From the NCBI GenBank assembly GCA_017499595.2, contig CM039003.1, positions 186,001 through 250,000 on the forward strand: a DNA stretch of 64,000 nt. Direction: 5' to 3'. The notes beneath the pieces are model-generated. The model had not been told where the DNA came from. It did not search any database and saw only the letters and a program-made list of their open reading frames with translations. Position 1 is the first letter of the stretch. Every line of letters begins with the position of its first letter. This stretch comes from Psilocybe cubensis. Taxonomy: Eukaryota. Below are positions 61,901-64,000 of the stretch, in pieces. Position numbers and translations under genes: made by a program.

Positions 61901-64000
61901 AGGCCAGATTCGCGTACAAGGCACTCGGAAATATCATTCGAATAGGCTGTAAGCTCGAGTTAGGCATGTTTGAAATGAGGTAATGAGAAATTCGACTCAC
62001 CCCTCGAGCTAAAAATCGAGATTTACTCGCACCGATCTCTAGATACTTCTACGCAATGTAATTACTCCAACACAGTACAACACCCCAAAACAAACTAGCA
62101 TATCTTTCCAACGTACGCGCAAGAGATAGGTGTGACGAGTCTGCGATTGAATTTTTGTATCTGCGCTGTGTCGGTGAGTTCTCCACAAAGAGCTGTTTTG
62201 TACACCCAAATGCGCCGCTGAATGAGGTCAAGATGTCAATCCTAGACCTCTGAATCATCCTCAGTCGACTATTAGAAGCTCCCGAAACATGGCTATGAGC
62301 GACATTGAAATCATTCGGGCACATACGGCACCTCCTTCTCCTCGCACCCCGATACGCCATCCACCTTCCACAATAACGCTGTTTCCAGCCCAACCTTGTT
62401 AATTAACCGTTCACGTAAGCTTCTAGTACCTTTCGTAACGATATTCAGCGGCGAACTGACCTTTGAATTGCGTTTGCAGCGGCCACGTAGACTTTGTCCC
62501 CGGGAAGCGCCTGGTAAGATCTTGCAATTCTACGCGTTTTCGAGAGGTTTTTGAGGCTAATACTGACTGGAACTGTGTTCTGAATAGGGGTTGGACGGTT
62601 TGCGATGCGAAGAGCAACACAAAACGTTGGGAATGAACAAATACATCACGTTTGGTTCAATGTACACCAAACAGCGAATTTCGTTGTTTTCTTTGAACTA
62701 CACATTTCAAACTGCTCACAGATAGACATCCCAGCACTGCATAGCATCTCTCAATGTCCCTGCAAGCTCCCGCGATCACAGGGTAAGCAATCCAATTCAA
62801 CGGAGATTGTTCTCCTCGCACCTTCCCTCGACGCGAAATTGCATGTACGTCGTTTTTCCGGCTTCCATTGGCCCCCTGTGAGTCATCTCGTAACGGTTAT
62901 GTACGTGAATAATAGGCTGAAACGGTTGGAATTTTTGTGGAAGACGGAAATGCGGAGTGAATGAAAATATTGCGAATACGAGTGTTGGCGCATCCGGACC
63001 ATGTCTGCGATGCGCGGTAGTTGTATAGCTACCTAGAGTGATATATCTATCTTATCTATCGTGTCTTATTCTGTTTTCATAATGTCTGGCTCGTCGAGTG
63101 CAATAAAATGAATACCTACAAACACATCACGCCAAATCTAACAAACACAGCGATTCGCAACTCTCTCCAAATTCCCGTCGATTTAAAGTAATATACACAC
63201 CTGGATATATTGTATACTCTAACCCTGCACTACAGAAATCAATCAGCAAAAGTACAAACCATTGAATACCAATCGAACAACCAAATCCACAACATGACAT
63301 GACACACCCTCGCCTCCCGCCCAAATTCACAATTACACACCCGTTCAAAACGCTAGAAACACCTGGCTAGTCTATTCGGCTCTCGGCTCGGGTCTGGTCC
63401 GATCAAGGGTCCTGTCAGGTATATTGAGAAGGCCTTCGTAGTTTACTGTACGTTGGTATGTGTGCTCCTTCAGTAGATATTGCGAATGGCGTTGTAATTG
63501 ATGTACGTACGTTTAATTGAGAGTAGGTGGAGATATTGGTATACCATTACATGCCTGCTTGACTTTGGAAAAGTGTGAGTTGAGACGGGGATGGTTGAAA
63601 AAGAAAATGTGAACACTCGAGGACTCCTGCAGAACGCGAATGCGTGAAAACAAGCAAAAAACACATTTCATTCACCATAACCATGTTACTACAAACATTA
63701 GAATAGTAAGTACCCCTAAGAATACACTACACCCAACTGTCCAAAGACCCTCGAACTCGATTTTCAAAAATGTATCACTCACCTCACCCGACCTTCCTCT
63801 CCTCCCGATCTTCCGCACTAACGGGCTGAAAAACACCTCTGGATTGTTACCACTCGCCCCTGAAGCATCCGAAGTCGCCGAAGCCGTAATAATAATACCA
63901 AATTTCACAGAAAAAAATTGGCAACTTACGTTTTGTAATTTTGTTGAACGTTGCATGTGGACGTAGTTCTCCTTCAGTAGATATTGCGAATGCCGTTGTA

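Larger units (their letters stand above)
37085..64000 (+). repeat. Head-to-tail tandem array of a ~9.8-kb unit (about 2.7 copies; continues past the window end)
   Basis: Identical ORFs recur at offsets of 9817 and 10412 nt, e.g. 39550/49367/59779 and 42376/52788/62605. The 595-nt difference equals a 594-nt MITE plus TSD and one extra G in copy 2. Confidence 0.97.

Noticed and set aside
37085-64000. Pure assembly artefact
   Set aside because: The copies carry private differences (MITE and extra G in copy 2; G>T at ~62493 and extra A at ~63917 in copy 3; diverged rho1 in copy 1). Read-level confirmation is still needed.

Overview
Intron-rich eukaryotic DNA, most consistent with an agaricomycete (mushroom-forming) fungus. 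The left part (1-22 kb) holds the 5' end of a secreted Sc15-like gene, a Ser/Thr-repeat single-pass membrane protein, a DUF3445 gene with two GC-AG introns, a small Cys-rich secreted protein, a NACHT/NLR-like gene, three tandem paralogous small secreted Cys-rich proteins and a low-complexity orphan. 22-30 kb is a cluster of six same-strand, highly diverged three-exon orphan paralogs that the ORF track misses. They share intron phases 2 and 0; three end in an MD(M/I) motif and one carries a premature stop. 32.6-36.7 kb is an apparently intact pogo/Fot1-type DDE transposon (TA TSD) nested in a small hAT-like MITE (8-bp TSD). From about 37.1 kb to the window end is a head-to-tail array of a ~9.8-kb unit, seen about 2.7 times. 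Copy 1 carries an intact rho1; copies 2 and 3 carry rho1 frameshifted in exon 1, yet their exons 3-5 differ only synonymously. Each unit also has Helitron-terminus-like hairpins and a 35-bp motif array; copies 1 and 2 also show a TATA-led repeated micro-exon region pointing into the next rho1 copy (copy 3 is cut off before it). A 592-bp TA-flanked MITE sits only in the middle copy. All gene models were spliced by eye and no database searches were run.
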